From an uncultured beta proteobacterium (GTDB taxonomy: Bacteria; Pseudomonadota; Gammaproteobacteria; Burkholderiales; SG8-39): a stretch of 64,000 nt of DNA. The stretch lies in the NCBI GenBank assembly GCA_963811085.1, contig CAWEPV010000013.1, forward strand, positions 987,304 through 1,051,303, read 5' to 3'. A program made the translations under genes and the position numbers. Shown piece after piece: positions 1 through 8,407 of the stretch (the stretch's first letter is position 1; the number at the start of each line of letters is the position of its first letter). The notes beneath the pieces are model-generated. The model did not search any database. It was not told the origin of the DNA and saw only the letters and a list, made by a program, of their open reading frames with translations.

Positions 1-710
1 TCCGAGAGGTAGGTGATATGGCCGATCATGCGCGCAATGCGCAGCCCCCGCACCGGCACCACGCCCTTGTCGTAGTAGTGGCCGCCGTTGAAGTCGGGAT
101 CGGTGGTAATCGCCTGGCGCGCGACCTCGTTGAAGGCGATGTTCTGCGCCGAGAGCCTGGGCGTCGCCGCGATGACGAGCGAATGCCGGATGCGTTCCGG
201 GTAGGACAGCGTCCACTGCAGCGCCTGCATCGCGCCGAGGCTGCCGCCCATGACCGCGGCGAAGCGCTCGATGCCCAGGCGATCGGCCAGCCGCGCCTGG
301 GACTCGACCCAGTCCTCGACCGTGACCACCGGGAAATCGCCGCCCCAGGGTTTGCCGCTCGCCGGGTTCTGGCTCATCGGTCCGGTCGAGCCGTGGCAGC
401 CGGCGAGGTTGTTCACCCCGATGACGAAGAAGCGGCGCGTGTCGAGCGGCTTGCCCGGGCCCACCAGATTGTCCCACCAGCCGACCTCGTCCTCGCGCCC
501 GGCGTAGTAGCCGGCGACATGGTGCGAGGCGTTCAGCGCGTGGCACACCAGCACCGCGTTGGATTTCGCCGCGTTCAGCTCACCGTAGGCTTCGTAGGCC
601 AGCTCGAAGCCGGGCAGTTCAGCGCCGCTGCGCAGCTTGAGCGGCTCGTCGAAGCGCGCTTTCTGCGCCACGACTGCGCCAACCGAAGAGGAATCGTGAG
701 ATGCGTTCAA
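1..710 (-). CDS. metX: Homoserine O-acetyltransferase/O-succinyltransferase MetX, N-terminal ~235 aa; the gene continues beyond the window start
   Basis: Minus-strand translation reads [69 protein letters not shown]...[12 protein letters not shown], a typical MetX N-terminus with the GxSxG region. TTG start at 710-708. The listed plus-strand ORF 18..737 is its antisense artefact. Confidence 0.85.
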   Translation of the reverse strand, partial: MNASHDSSSVGAVVAQKARFDEPLKLRSGAELPGFELAYEAYGELNAAKSNAVLVCHALNASHHVAGYYAGREDEVGWWDNLVGPGKPLDTRRFFVIGVNNLAGCHGSTGPMSQNPASGKPWGGDFPVVTVEDWVESQARLADRLGIERFAAVMGGSLGAMQALQWTLSYPERIRHSLVIAATPRLSAQNIAFNEVARQAITTDPDFNGGHYYDKGVVPVRGLRIARMIGHITYLS

Positions 711-800
711 TGCCGTCTCTTTAGCGGTATTTGTTAGGCGCCCGCAATCTGAACATCAAATCGGCGCCGATGCGGAATTATAGCCGAGCCGCGGCCTTGC

Positions 801-2000
801 TCAATCGGCAGCTTTGGCGCCGCCGCTGGCGAGCAGCGCCTCGATCGCGCTCGCGTCCAGCCCGGCCTCGGCGAGCAGCTCGCGCGTATGCTGGCCGTGG
901 CGCGGCGCGTGCAGGCGGTACTCGGGCACGGTTTCCGACCACTCCGAGGGCACCGCCATCGAGCGGATTCGGCCCTCGCTCGGGTGCTCGATCTCGCGCA
1001 GGTAGCCGATCGCCGCGAGGTGCGGGTCGGCGATGATGTCGGTCAGGCTGTTCATGCGCTGCACCGGGATGTCGGCCGCCTCGAGCGCCTCGATCCATGC
1101 CTCGGTGCTGCGCTTTTTCATCTCCGCATCGACCAGCGCATAGGCGTCGTCGTAGTTCCTGCTGCGCGCCTCCTGGTCGCGGAACTTTTCCGACTGCATC
1201 AGCTCGGGCCTGCCGATCAGGGCGAAGAAAGCCTTCCACTGCTTGTCGTTGTAGATCAGCGCGCAGACGTAGCCGTCGGCGGTCTGGAACGGGCGCCGGT
1301 CGCGGGCCAGCATCCTGGCGTAGCCGGGCTCGCCCGCGGGCGGCTCGAAGCTGTGGCCGCCGAGGTGCTCGCCCAGCACGGTCTGCAGCAGGCTCTCGAA
1401 CATCGGCACGTCGACGCGCTGTCCCTTGCCGGTCTTCTCGCGCGCGTAGAGCGCGGCGCTCACCGCGTTGGCGATGTGCAGGCCGACGGTGCGGTCGGCG
1501 ATGATCACGGGTGCGTAGCGCGGCACGTCGGCACCCTGCTTTTTCAGCAGCCAGGGAATCCCTGCCGCGCCCTGGATCAGGTCGTCGTAGGCCGCCTTGG
1601 CGGCGTAGGGGCCGCGCTGGCTGTAGCCGAATCCGCCGACGTAAATGATGCGCGGGTTGACCGCGCGTAGATCCTCGTAGGCGAGCCTGAGCCGCGCCAT
1701 CGCCTGCGGGCGAATGTTGTAGACCAGCACGTCCGCGTCCTTCGCCAGCGCGAGCAGGGCATCGCGCGCGGCGGCCTGCTTCAGATCGAGCGCGATCGCG
1801 CGCTTGTTGCGGTTGGCGTGCAGGAAGATGTGGCCCATGCCGGGGTTGCGCGCGGGCCAGGCGAAACGCATCACGTCGCCTTCGGGCGGCTCGACCTTGA
1901 TCACGTCCGCTCCCAGGTCGGCCAGGATCTGCGTAGCGTAAGGCCCCATCACCACCGTGGTGAGGTCGAGAATCTTCACGCCGTTCAGCGGCCCGGGCAT
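801..2000 (-). CDS. CoA-transferase family III (CaiB/BaiF-type) protein
   Basis: 399-aa ORF with the N-terminal MPGPLNGVKILDLTTVVMGPYATQILADLGADVIKVE motif characteristic of family III CoA transferases. Confidence 0.8.
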   Translation of the reverse strand: MPGPLNGVKILDLTTVVMGPYATQILADLGADVIKVEPPEGDVMRFAWPARNPGMGHIFLHANRNKRAIALDLKQAAARDALLALAKDADVLVYNIRPQAMARLRLAYEDLRAVNPRIIYVGGFGYSQRGPYAAKAAYDDLIQGAAGIPWLLKKQGADVPRYAPVIIADRTVGLHIANAVSAALYAREKTGKGQRVDVPMFESLLQTVLGEHLGGHSFEPPAGEPGYARMLARDRRPFQTADGYVCALIYNDKQWKAFFALIGRPELMQSEKFRDQEARSRNYDDAYALVDAEMKKRSTEAWIEALEAADIPVQRMNSLTDIIADPHLAAIGYLREIEHPSEGRIRSMAVPSEWSETVPEYRLHAPRHGQHTRELLAEAGLDASAIEALLASGGAKAAD

Positions 2001-2003
2001 GGC

Positions 2004-3728
2004 TTACGCGTTCAGCCTAACGAGCAGATCACGGGTGCGGCGCGGATCCGTGCTGCGCAGTACGCGTTGCGCCAGCGGCCGCACCTCGTTCAGGTTGGTG
2101 CGCAGGATGCGCTCCTTGATCGCGAGCAGCTGCGCCGGGTGCATCGAGAAGTTGCGCAGCCCGACGCCCAGCAGCAGACGCGTGAGCTGCAGGTCACCCG
2201 CCATTTCCCCGCAGACCGCGATCGGAACGCCGGCGCGCGTTGCGGTGCGGATGCTGTGCGCGATGAGGTGAAGCACCGCCGGGTGCAGCGGGTCGTACAG
2301 GTGCGCGACCGCGTCGTCGGTGCGGTCGATCGCCAGCGTGTACTGGATCAGGTCGTTCGTGCCGATAGAGAGGAAATTCAGGCGCCGTATGAACATCGGC
2401 AGCGCGAGCGCCGCCGCGGGGATCTCGATCATGCCGCCGACCTCGACCGATCGGTCGTAGGGTTCGCCCTTCTCGTCCAGCTGCTGCTTGGCCTGCTTGA
2501 TCAGAGCGAGCGCCTGCTCGACTTCCTGCGCGTGCGCCACCATCGGCAGCAGGATCCTTACCCTGCCGAAGTCCGAAGCGCGCAGGATGGCGCGCAGCTG
2601 GGCGAGAAACATCTGTGGCTCCGACAGGCAGAAGCGGATCGCGCGCAGGCCCATGGCGGGGTTCGGCCGCACCGCCCCGTTGCCCGCCAAGGTCTTGTCG
2701 GCGCCGATGTCCAGGGTGCGCAGTACCACCACGCGCCCGTTCATCGCCTGGGCAACCTCGCGGTAGGCCTCGAATTGCTCGTCCTCGGAGGGCAGGTCCT
2801 TGCGGTTCATGAACAGGAACTCGCTGCGGAACAGGCCGATTCCCTCGGCGCCCGCGGCGAGCGCCTGCGGTACGTCTTGCGGCAGCTCGATGTTGGCGAA
2901 AAGCTCTACCGTCACGGCGTCGAGCGTCGCCGCGGGCGTCGACTTCAGGCGCTGCAGCTTCCTGCGCTCGAGCTCGAGCTGGGACTGGCGCAGCTGGTAC
3001 TCGGCCAGGACGACCGGATCCGGGTCCACAACCACCACGCCCTGCACGCCGTCGACGATCAGCAGCTCGTTTTCGCGGATGGTCTGGCGCGCGTGGTGCA
3101 GGCCGACGATCGCCGGGATGCTCAGGCTGCGCGCCAGGATCGCCGTGTGAGAGGTCACGCCGCCGACGTCGGTGACGAAACCGCCGAAATGGTGGCGCTT
3201 GAACAGGATCATGTCCGCGGGAGAAAGGTCGTGCGCCACCACGATCAGGTTCTTCTCGTCCGAGGCGTGCGGCTCGGCCAGCGTCTGCCCCCCGATCAGG
3301 GCGTTCAGCACGCGCTCGACCACCTGTCCGATGTCGGCCTTGCGCTCGCGCAGGTACGGATCCTCGATCTCCTCGAACTGCGCAACCAGCTTGTCCATCT
3401 GCTGCACCAGCGCCCACTCCGCGTTGCAGCGCTGCCCGCGGATCAGCGCGCGCGGCGCGTGCGACAGCGACGAGTCGTCCAGGATCATGCGGTGCAGGTT
3501 GAGGAAGGCCGCAAACTCGGCCGGAGCGTCGGCCGGGACGTGCGAGCCGAGCGCGGCGAGCTCCTCGGTCGCGAGCGCGATCGCGGCGTCGAACCTGGCG
3601 ATTTCCGCCTCGACCGATTCTTCCGGTATCTGGTAGTGCGCGACTTCCAGCCGCGCGGTCGACACCAGGTGCGCGTGGCCGATGGTGATGCCGCCAGAAA
3701 CGCTCGAGCCGTGCAGGACGAAATTCAC
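2004..3728 (-). CDS. ptsI: Phosphoenolpyruvate-protein phosphotransferase (PTS enzyme I)
   Basis: 574 aa with the GGVTSHTAILARSLSIPAIVG and SIGTNDLIQYTLAIDR signatures of enzyme I. It lies downstream of HPr. Confidence 0.9.
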   Translation of the reverse strand: MNFVLHGSSVSGGITIGHAHLVSTARLEVAHYQIPEESVEAEIARFDAAIALATEELAALGSHVPADAPAEFAAFLNLHRMILDDSSLSHAPRALIRGQRCNAEWALVQQMDKLVAQFEEIEDPYLRERKADIGQVVERVLNALIGGQTLAEPHASDEKNLIVVAHDLSPADMILFKRHHFGGFVTDVGGVTSHTAILARSLSIPAIVGLHHARQTIRENELLIVDGVQGVVVVDPDPVVLAEYQLRQSQLELERRKLQRLKSTPAATLDAVTVELFANIELPQDVPQALAAGAEGIGLFRSEFLFMNRKDLPSEDEQFEAYREVAQAMNGRVVVLRTLDIGADKTLAGNGAVRPNPAMGLRAIRFCLSEPQMFLAQLRAILRASDFGRVRILLPMVAHAQEVEQALALIKQAKQQLDEKGEPYDRSVEVGGMIEIPAAALALPMFIRRLNFLSIGTNDLIQYTLAIDRTDDAVAHLYDPLHPAVLHLIAHSIRTATRAGVPIAVCGEMAGDLQLTRLLLGVGLRNFSMHPAQLLAIKERILRTNLNEVRPLAQRVLRSTDPRRTRDLLVRLNA

Positions 3729-3994
3729 TCGCCTTCCCCGAACTTGTCCGCGATCAGTGCGCCGATCGCGGCCAGCGCGGCCTCCGCGTCTTCGCCGTCG
3801 GCTTCGATTCGGACCAAGCTGCCCTTGCCGGCGGCCAGCATCATTACGCCCATGATGCTCTTGGCGTTGACCCGCCGGCCGTTGCGCGCCAGGTGGATTT
3901 CGCTCTGGAAGCTGCTGGCGAGCTGGGTCAGCTTGGCCGAGGCGCGCGCATGCAGGCCGAGCTTGTTGGTGATGGTCGCCTCACGGCTCGGCAT
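3725..3994 (-). CDS. ptsH: HPr phosphocarrier protein
   Basis: 89 aa with the His15 region ITNKLGLHARASAKL. Its stop overlaps the ptsI start. Confidence 0.85.
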   Translation of the reverse strand: MPSREATITNKLGLHARASAKLTQLASSFQSEIHLARNGRRVNAKSIMGVMMLAAGKGSLVRIEADGEDAEAALAAIGALIADKFGEGE

Positions 3995-3995
3995 T

Positions 3996-4388
3996 TCAGC
4001 AGTCGGAAGTCATGTGCACCACGCCCTCTACGCCTCCCGAAAGCGCCTTCTCGACCGCCGCGGCGAGCGGTTCGTTGCGATAGGTGAGGGCGCGGATCAG
4101 CATCGGCAGATTGACTCCCGAGAGGCCTTCGACGCGCCCCTTCTTGAGCAGACGCATGGCGATGTTGCACGGCGTGGCGCCGTAGATGTCGGTCAGCACC
4201 AGTACGCCGTCGCCGCCGTCGAGTTCGCGCGCGAACTCGCGCGCGAGCGGCAGGATCGCCTCGGGGTCGTCGTGCACCGTGACGCCGACCTGGCGCACGC
4301 GCAGCGGCCGCTTGCCCAGGACGTGGCTCGCGGCGTGGATGAGCGACTCGCCGAGCGCGCCGTGCGAGATGATCAGGATGCCGATCAA
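3996..4388 (-). CDS. PTS EIIA component, mannose/fructose family (regulatory; no permease nearby)
   Basis: Translation from the TTG at 4388 reads LIGILIISHGALGESLIHAASHVLG...GVLVLTDIYGATPCN, a Man-family EIIA fold. The TTGA start/stop overlaps gshB. The six-frame track merges it into the artefactual ORF 3996..5036. Confidence 0.75.
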   Translation of the reverse strand: MIGILIISHGALGESLIHAASHVLGKRPLRVRQVGVTVHDDPEAILPLAREFARELDGGDGVLVLTDIYGATPCNIAMRLLKKGRVEGLSGVNLPMLIRALTYRNEPLAAAVEKALSGGVEGVVHMTSDC

Positions 4389-5329
4389 GTGCGGAGCTTC
4401 TTCTGCAGCGCCTCGACGTACATTCCCGGGACGTCGAATCCGGTCTGGTCCAGGATCTCGCGAAAGCAGGTCGGGCTGGTGACGTTGACTTCCGTTACCC
4501 AGTCGCCGATCACGTCCAGGCCGACGAACAGCAGGCCGCGGGCCGCGAGCGCGGGGCCGAGGGCGCCTGCGATCTCGCGATCGCGCGCGGTCAGCTTGCG
4601 CGCTTCGCCGCGTGCGCCGGCCGCGAGGTTTCCGCGCGATTCGCCGGCCTTGGGAATGCGCGCCAGGCAGTAGGGCACGACCTCGCCGTCGATCATGATG
4701 ACCCGCTTGTCGCCGTCGACGATTTCCGGAATGTAGCGCTGCGCCATCACGCTGCGCGTGCCGCCCTGCGCCATGATCTCGACGATCACGTTGCGGTTCG
4801 GGTCGCCGCCACGCACGCGAAAGATATTCTCGCCGCCCATCGTGTCGAGCCGTTTGACGACCACGTCCTTCTGCTCGTCGATGAAGGCGTGGATCTGGCG
4901 CGGGTCGCGCGTCACCAGCGTCGGCGCGACAAATTGCGGAAACTCGGTGATCGCGATCTTCTCGTTGTGGTCGCGGATCGCCGAAGGCGAGTTGAATACG
5001 CGCGCGCCCTCGCGCTCGGCGGCCGACAGGAGCCACGTACTGGTCACGTACTCGAGGTCGAACGGCGGGTCCTTGCGCATCAGAACGGCGTCGAACTCCG
5101 CCAGGCGCCGCCGCGCGTGGCTGTCGGCGCGGTACCAGTCCTCGTCGTTATCGGTCAGCGCGATGCGCGTCGTCTCGGCAGTGACGCCGCCCGAGCGCCA
5201 GGCGATGCCGGGTTGCTCGCACACGGACACGCTGTGGCCGCGCGCCTGCGCGGCGCGCATCATCGTGACCGTGGTGTCCTTGTAGGCCTTGAGCTCGGGG
5301 AGCGGGTCGATGATGAAGAGGAATTGCAT
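4385..5329 (-). CDS. gshB: Glutathione synthetase
   Basis: 314 aa; an ATP-grasp GshB fold is recognisable across the full length. It sits in the conserved betaproteobacterial gshB-EIIA-ptsH-ptsI cluster. Confidence 0.9.
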   Translation of the reverse strand: MQFLFIIDPLPELKAYKDTTVTMMRAAQARGHSVSVCEQPGIAWRSGGVTAETTRIALTDNDEDWYRADSHARRRLAEFDAVLMRKDPPFDLEYVTSTWLLSAAEREGARVFNSPSAIRDHNEKIAITEFPQFVAPTLVTRDPRQIHAFIDEQKDVVVKRLDTMGGENIFRVRGGDPNRNVIVEIMAQGGTRSVMAQRYIPEIVDGDKRVIMIDGEVVPYCLARIPKAGESRGNLAAGARGEARKLTARDREIAGALGPALAARGLLFVGLDVIGDWVTEVNVTSPTCFREILDQTGFDVPGMYVEALQKKLRT

Positions 5330-5367
5330 CGCTCGCGGCAGGCGCTGCGCGCCTGCTCGCCCCGGGG

Positions 5368-5886
5368 TTACTTGCTGTGCGACACCATGTACTCGATCGT
5401 GGCGCGGATGTCGGCCTCCGACAGCGCGGCGTTGCCGCCCTTGGGCGGCATCGCGCCTCTGCCGTGCAGCGCCACGTTGAGCAACGTATCCATGCCGGTC
5501 GCGATCCGCGGCGCCCAGGCGGCCTTGTCGCCGAACTTCGGCGCGCCCGCCGCGCCCGTGCCATGGCAGGCGATGCAGGTGCCTTCGTAAATCTTCTTGC
5601 CGTCGGGCGGACCGGACTGGGCCACCGCGGCGGGCGTGGGCGCGCTCGGCGCGGCGCCTTCCTTGGCCGCCTCGGGAGAATCGGCGAATACGACGCGGCC
5701 TACCGGGTGGATGCGCGCGGCGACCGCCTCGGGCGTCAGGGCCGAGGGGTCCGCGGTCGGGCGGTCGATTACAAGCTGCACCAGCAGCACGATGCCGAGG
5801 ACCGGCACCAGGAACGAAAGCAGCACCACGATGATCAGCTGTTTCGGAGTCTTGATGAAGGAGGAATGCTCGTCGTGCTCGCTCAT
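5368..5886 (-). CDS. Membrane-anchored cytochrome c5-family protein
   Basis: N-terminal TM helix, an Ala/Pro-rich linker, and a single CIACHG haem-binding motif with the methionine ligand region GRGAMPPKGG. Confidence 0.7.
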   Translation of the reverse strand: MSEHDEHSSFIKTPKQLIIVVLLSFLVPVLGIVLLVQLVIDRPTADPSALTPEAVAARIHPVGRVVFADSPEAAKEGAAPSAPTPAAVAQSGPPDGKKIYEGTCIACHGTGAAGAPKFGDKAAWAPRIATGMDTLLNVALHGRGAMPPKGGNAALSEADIRATIEYMVSHSK

Positions 5887-6008
5887 TCGCGCGTCCTGCC
5901 GGAGAGTGTGTAAAGGAATGATTTTAGCGTGAATCTCCGCGCGCGCGGAACCCGCCCGCCGCGCGTGGACTGGAGGGGCGAAAAGGACTATCCTTCGCGC
6001 CTCCCCGG

Positions 6009-6085
6009 GCGCCCGTAGCTCAGCTGGATAGAGTGTCGGTCTCCGAAGCCGAAGGTCGTGGGTTCGACTCCCGCCGGGCGCGCCA
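6009..6085 (+). tRNA. tRNA-Arg (anticodon CCG)
   Basis: Manual fold: acceptor GCGCCCG/CGGGCGC, D-arm GCTC..GAGT, anticodon stem TCGGT/GCCGA with loop CTCCGAA (anticodon CCG), T-arm GTGGG-TTCGACT-CCCGC, discriminator G and an encoded CCA. Confidence 0.85.
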
Positions 6086-6169
6086 GTCTCTTACGCAGCC
6101 GGACGCTTCACCGAGGCCTCTTATCTCGATGAAGCCGCAGGCTTTGCCCGGGTTCGACGTCAGATCGGT

Positions 6170-6940
6170 TCAGAGGCGTCGTCCGCGACCACGGCGCAAG
6201 AGCACGCTGAGTGTCAGACCAAGCGCGAGCGCGAGCAGCGTGAACAACACGCCGAACGCCACGGAGTGCCGCAGCGCCACGTGCGAGAGCCAGCGCTCGA
6301 TTCCGACCTCGTCCACCTGCAGGGTGCTCGTCCGATGCGCTTTCAGCGTGCCGTTGCGGAAGGAATAGATGTCGAGCTGATAGCGACCGATGGGCAGTGT
6401 CGCCGGGAGCGGAAAATTCGCCGAGAACAGCTGTCCCGCGTCGATCCGAACGCTGCCTTCGAGCTTGCGAAACAAGCCCTGTTTCCGCTTGAGGCGTTCG
6501 AGCGCGGCCTGCCAGTCCTGGTATCCGTCCGCAGGCTCGCCGACGATCTGCGCCGCGGCCAAGGTCGAGTGAAACGTCAAGCCGTGTCGCTCCAGCACGG
6601 AGCGATCGGCGATTTCATTCAACGCCCGGTTGCTTAGCAGGTAATCCAGCCCCGGCACGTGCTCGACGAGCAATTTGCCCCGTTTGAGCCAGAATGGCCC
6701 GACCCGTGCCTTGCGCGACAAGGCTACCGATTCATCCGGCGAGGTGACACGGATTACGATATCGCCGGAGCGCGGGGTGCTGCCGAACACGAATACATGT
6801 TGCCCGGTGAATCCCGTTGCGATCTTGATGTGGCTGCTCTCCAGATCCGTCAACAGGCCGGAATCCGCGCGCGCGCAGGTCAGCCCCGCGCTGCAGCACA
6901 ATGCCAGCGCCCATCCGAGCGCGCGCTGCAATCGGCTCAC
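6170..6940 (-). CDS. TIGR02186-family (Alph_Pro_TM-like) signal-peptide protein with a C-terminal membrane anchor, partner of TauE
   Basis: 256 aa with an N-terminal signal peptide and a C-terminal hydrophobic helix followed by RRGRGRRL. It overlaps the TauE gene by 4 nt. The family call is from memory of the TauE-associated conserved protein. Confidence 0.5.
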   Translation of the reverse strand: MSRLQRALGWALALCCSAGLTCARADSGLLTDLESSHIKIATGFTGQHVFVFGSTPRSGDIVIRVTSPDESVALSRKARVGPFWLKRGKLLVEHVPGLDYLLSNRALNEIADRSVLERHGLTFHSTLAAAQIVGEPADGYQDWQAALERLKRKQGLFRKLEGSVRIDAGQLFSANFPLPATLPIGRYQLDIYSFRNGTLKAHRTSTLQVDEVGIERWLSHVALRHSVAFGVLFTLLALALGLTLSVLLRRGRGRRL

Positions 6941-7854
6941 GTCCCGACCCCGGTCAGACTGTAGAGTTCCGCGGGCGTCGCCAGCAAATCGAACAGAAAC
7001 TTGATCGCCACCGCCAGCAGAATCAGCGCCAGCAGCAGGCGCAGCCGCTCACCCGGCAAGATCGAACTCATTCGCGCGCCCCACTGGGCGCCAAGGGCTG
7101 AGCCGAAAATCAGGGTCAGCGCCAAAATGGGATCCAGGGAGTGATTGATGCTCGCCTGCATGGTGCTCACCACCGCACTGGTGGCGAGCATCAATAGCAG
7201 CGAGGTGCCGATCGCAACCCTGGTGGGAACGCGCAACAGGTAGATCATCGCCGGCACTGCAACGAAACCGCCGCCCATGCCGAGAGCGTTGAGCACGCCG
7301 ATAAACGCGCCGAGCAGCAGAGGCAGCAGAACCGACATTCGTCGCCGCGCAACCTCGAACTCCATTTGGCCCGGCAACCACCCGAGCGGCCCGGCCTTCG
7401 GCACGGTCGCCGCGGGCGCACCGGCCGTCGCGGTCCGGTGGAATACCGCGCGAATCGACTCGGCGAAAGTGATGCTGCCGACGGTGCCTAGGATCGTGAT
7501 GTAAGTGAACACGACGATCGTGTCGAAGTGGCCGCCTTGCGCCAGAATCCGCGTCGCGTAGATGGCGCCGACGGCGGTGCTCCAGCTTCCGGCCAGCAAG
7601 GCAAGCCCCAAGCGCAGGTCCATGTTCCCGAGACGCCAATGCGAATAGCTCCCGGCGGCCGCGCTGCCCGCGATCAGCGCGGGGGTGGTGCCTACGGCGA
7701 TGAGCGGCGGCACGCCGCTGATCATCAGCAGCGGCGTGAGCAGGAAACCGCCGCCGACGCCGGTCAGGGCGGAGAGGCCACCAATGGAAACGCCGAACGC
7801 CAGAACCAACAGCAGGTTGACGTCCATGTGGGCAATGGGCAGAAAAATCTCCAC
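6937..7854 (-). CDS. TauE/SafE family sulfite/anion exporter (DUF81)
   Basis: Polytopic membrane protein with duplicated halves each carrying GxGGG motifs (GVGGGFLLTPLL and GMGGGFVAVPAM). The true start may be the internal Met (HMDVNLLL). Confidence 0.8.
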   Translation of the reverse strand: MEIFLPIAHMDVNLLLVLAFGVSIGGLSALTGVGGGFLLTPLLMISGVPPLIAVGTTPALIAGSAAAGSYSHWRLGNMDLRLGLALLAGSWSTAVGAIYATRILAQGGHFDTIVVFTYITILGTVGSITFAESIRAVFHRTATAGAPAATVPKAGPLGWLPGQMEFEVARRRMSVLLPLLLGAFIGVLNALGMGGGFVAVPAMIYLLRVPTRVAIGTSLLLMLATSAVVSTMQASINHSLDPILALTLIFGSALGAQWGARMSSILPGERLRLLLALILLAVAIKFLFDLLATPAELYSLTGVGT

Positions 7855-8407
7855 GCTGGGCTATTCCTCGCAATGCATAGATAAAGAATCGACGAATTCA
7901 AACATGCGCCGTACGCGAGCCGTCGACGGCCGCGAGGGCGGCACCCCGAGTCCGTTTCGTCATCTATTAGATGGGCAAACCAGTCTCGCTGCGGATCATC
8001 TCCGCACAGCCCGTGCGCGCAGCGGGGTATGCGGCGCATTAGGGTGCACGCCAAGCCGGGCTTATGGCAATTTTCGCTTTTTGCGCGGGATTTGTCAGCC
8101 GTAAGCGCCGCAGGGCGGATGGCGCGCGAGCGGCCAGGCAGCGTGGCGCAAACTTGGCGACAGCTTGTCTTTTCGCCGACGACTGCGGCCGCTCAACTTC
8201 CCAGCCCCGGCTTCCGAGCCGGCCGACTCGGCACATGCGGACCGCTGTCTTTCGCTGCTTTGATGGTCTCCATCCCCGCGCAATGCTCCGTGCGCCAGCG
8301 TACGGACCACACCGCAGCGGACAAAATATTCTCGGGCGAGTTTCGCTTCCTGCGCTTCGACCTGGCGCGCGTAATGAACGGAGGCGGGTGTCAGAATGTC
8401 GTTCACT

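Noticed and set aside
18-737. 239-aa plus-strand ORF
   Set aside because: It is the antisense of metX, whose minus-strand translation has unmistakable MetX homology. Stop-free antisense frames are expected at this G+C content.
1818-4673. 951-aa plus-strand ORF spanning the CoA-transferase, ptsI, ptsH and EIIA loci
   Set aside because: Low-complexity Arg/Ala/Gly-rich translation with no domain signature. It lies opposite four well-supported minus-strand genes.
8095-8406. 103-aa minus-strand ORF with GTG start overlapping the TRAP permease stop (GTGA)
   Set aside because: The coupling is tempting, but third-position G+C is only ~65-70% against ~85-90% in neighbouring genes, and the C-terminal two-thirds is low-complexity (SGRSRRRKD...). 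This looks like chance in a stop-poor frame.
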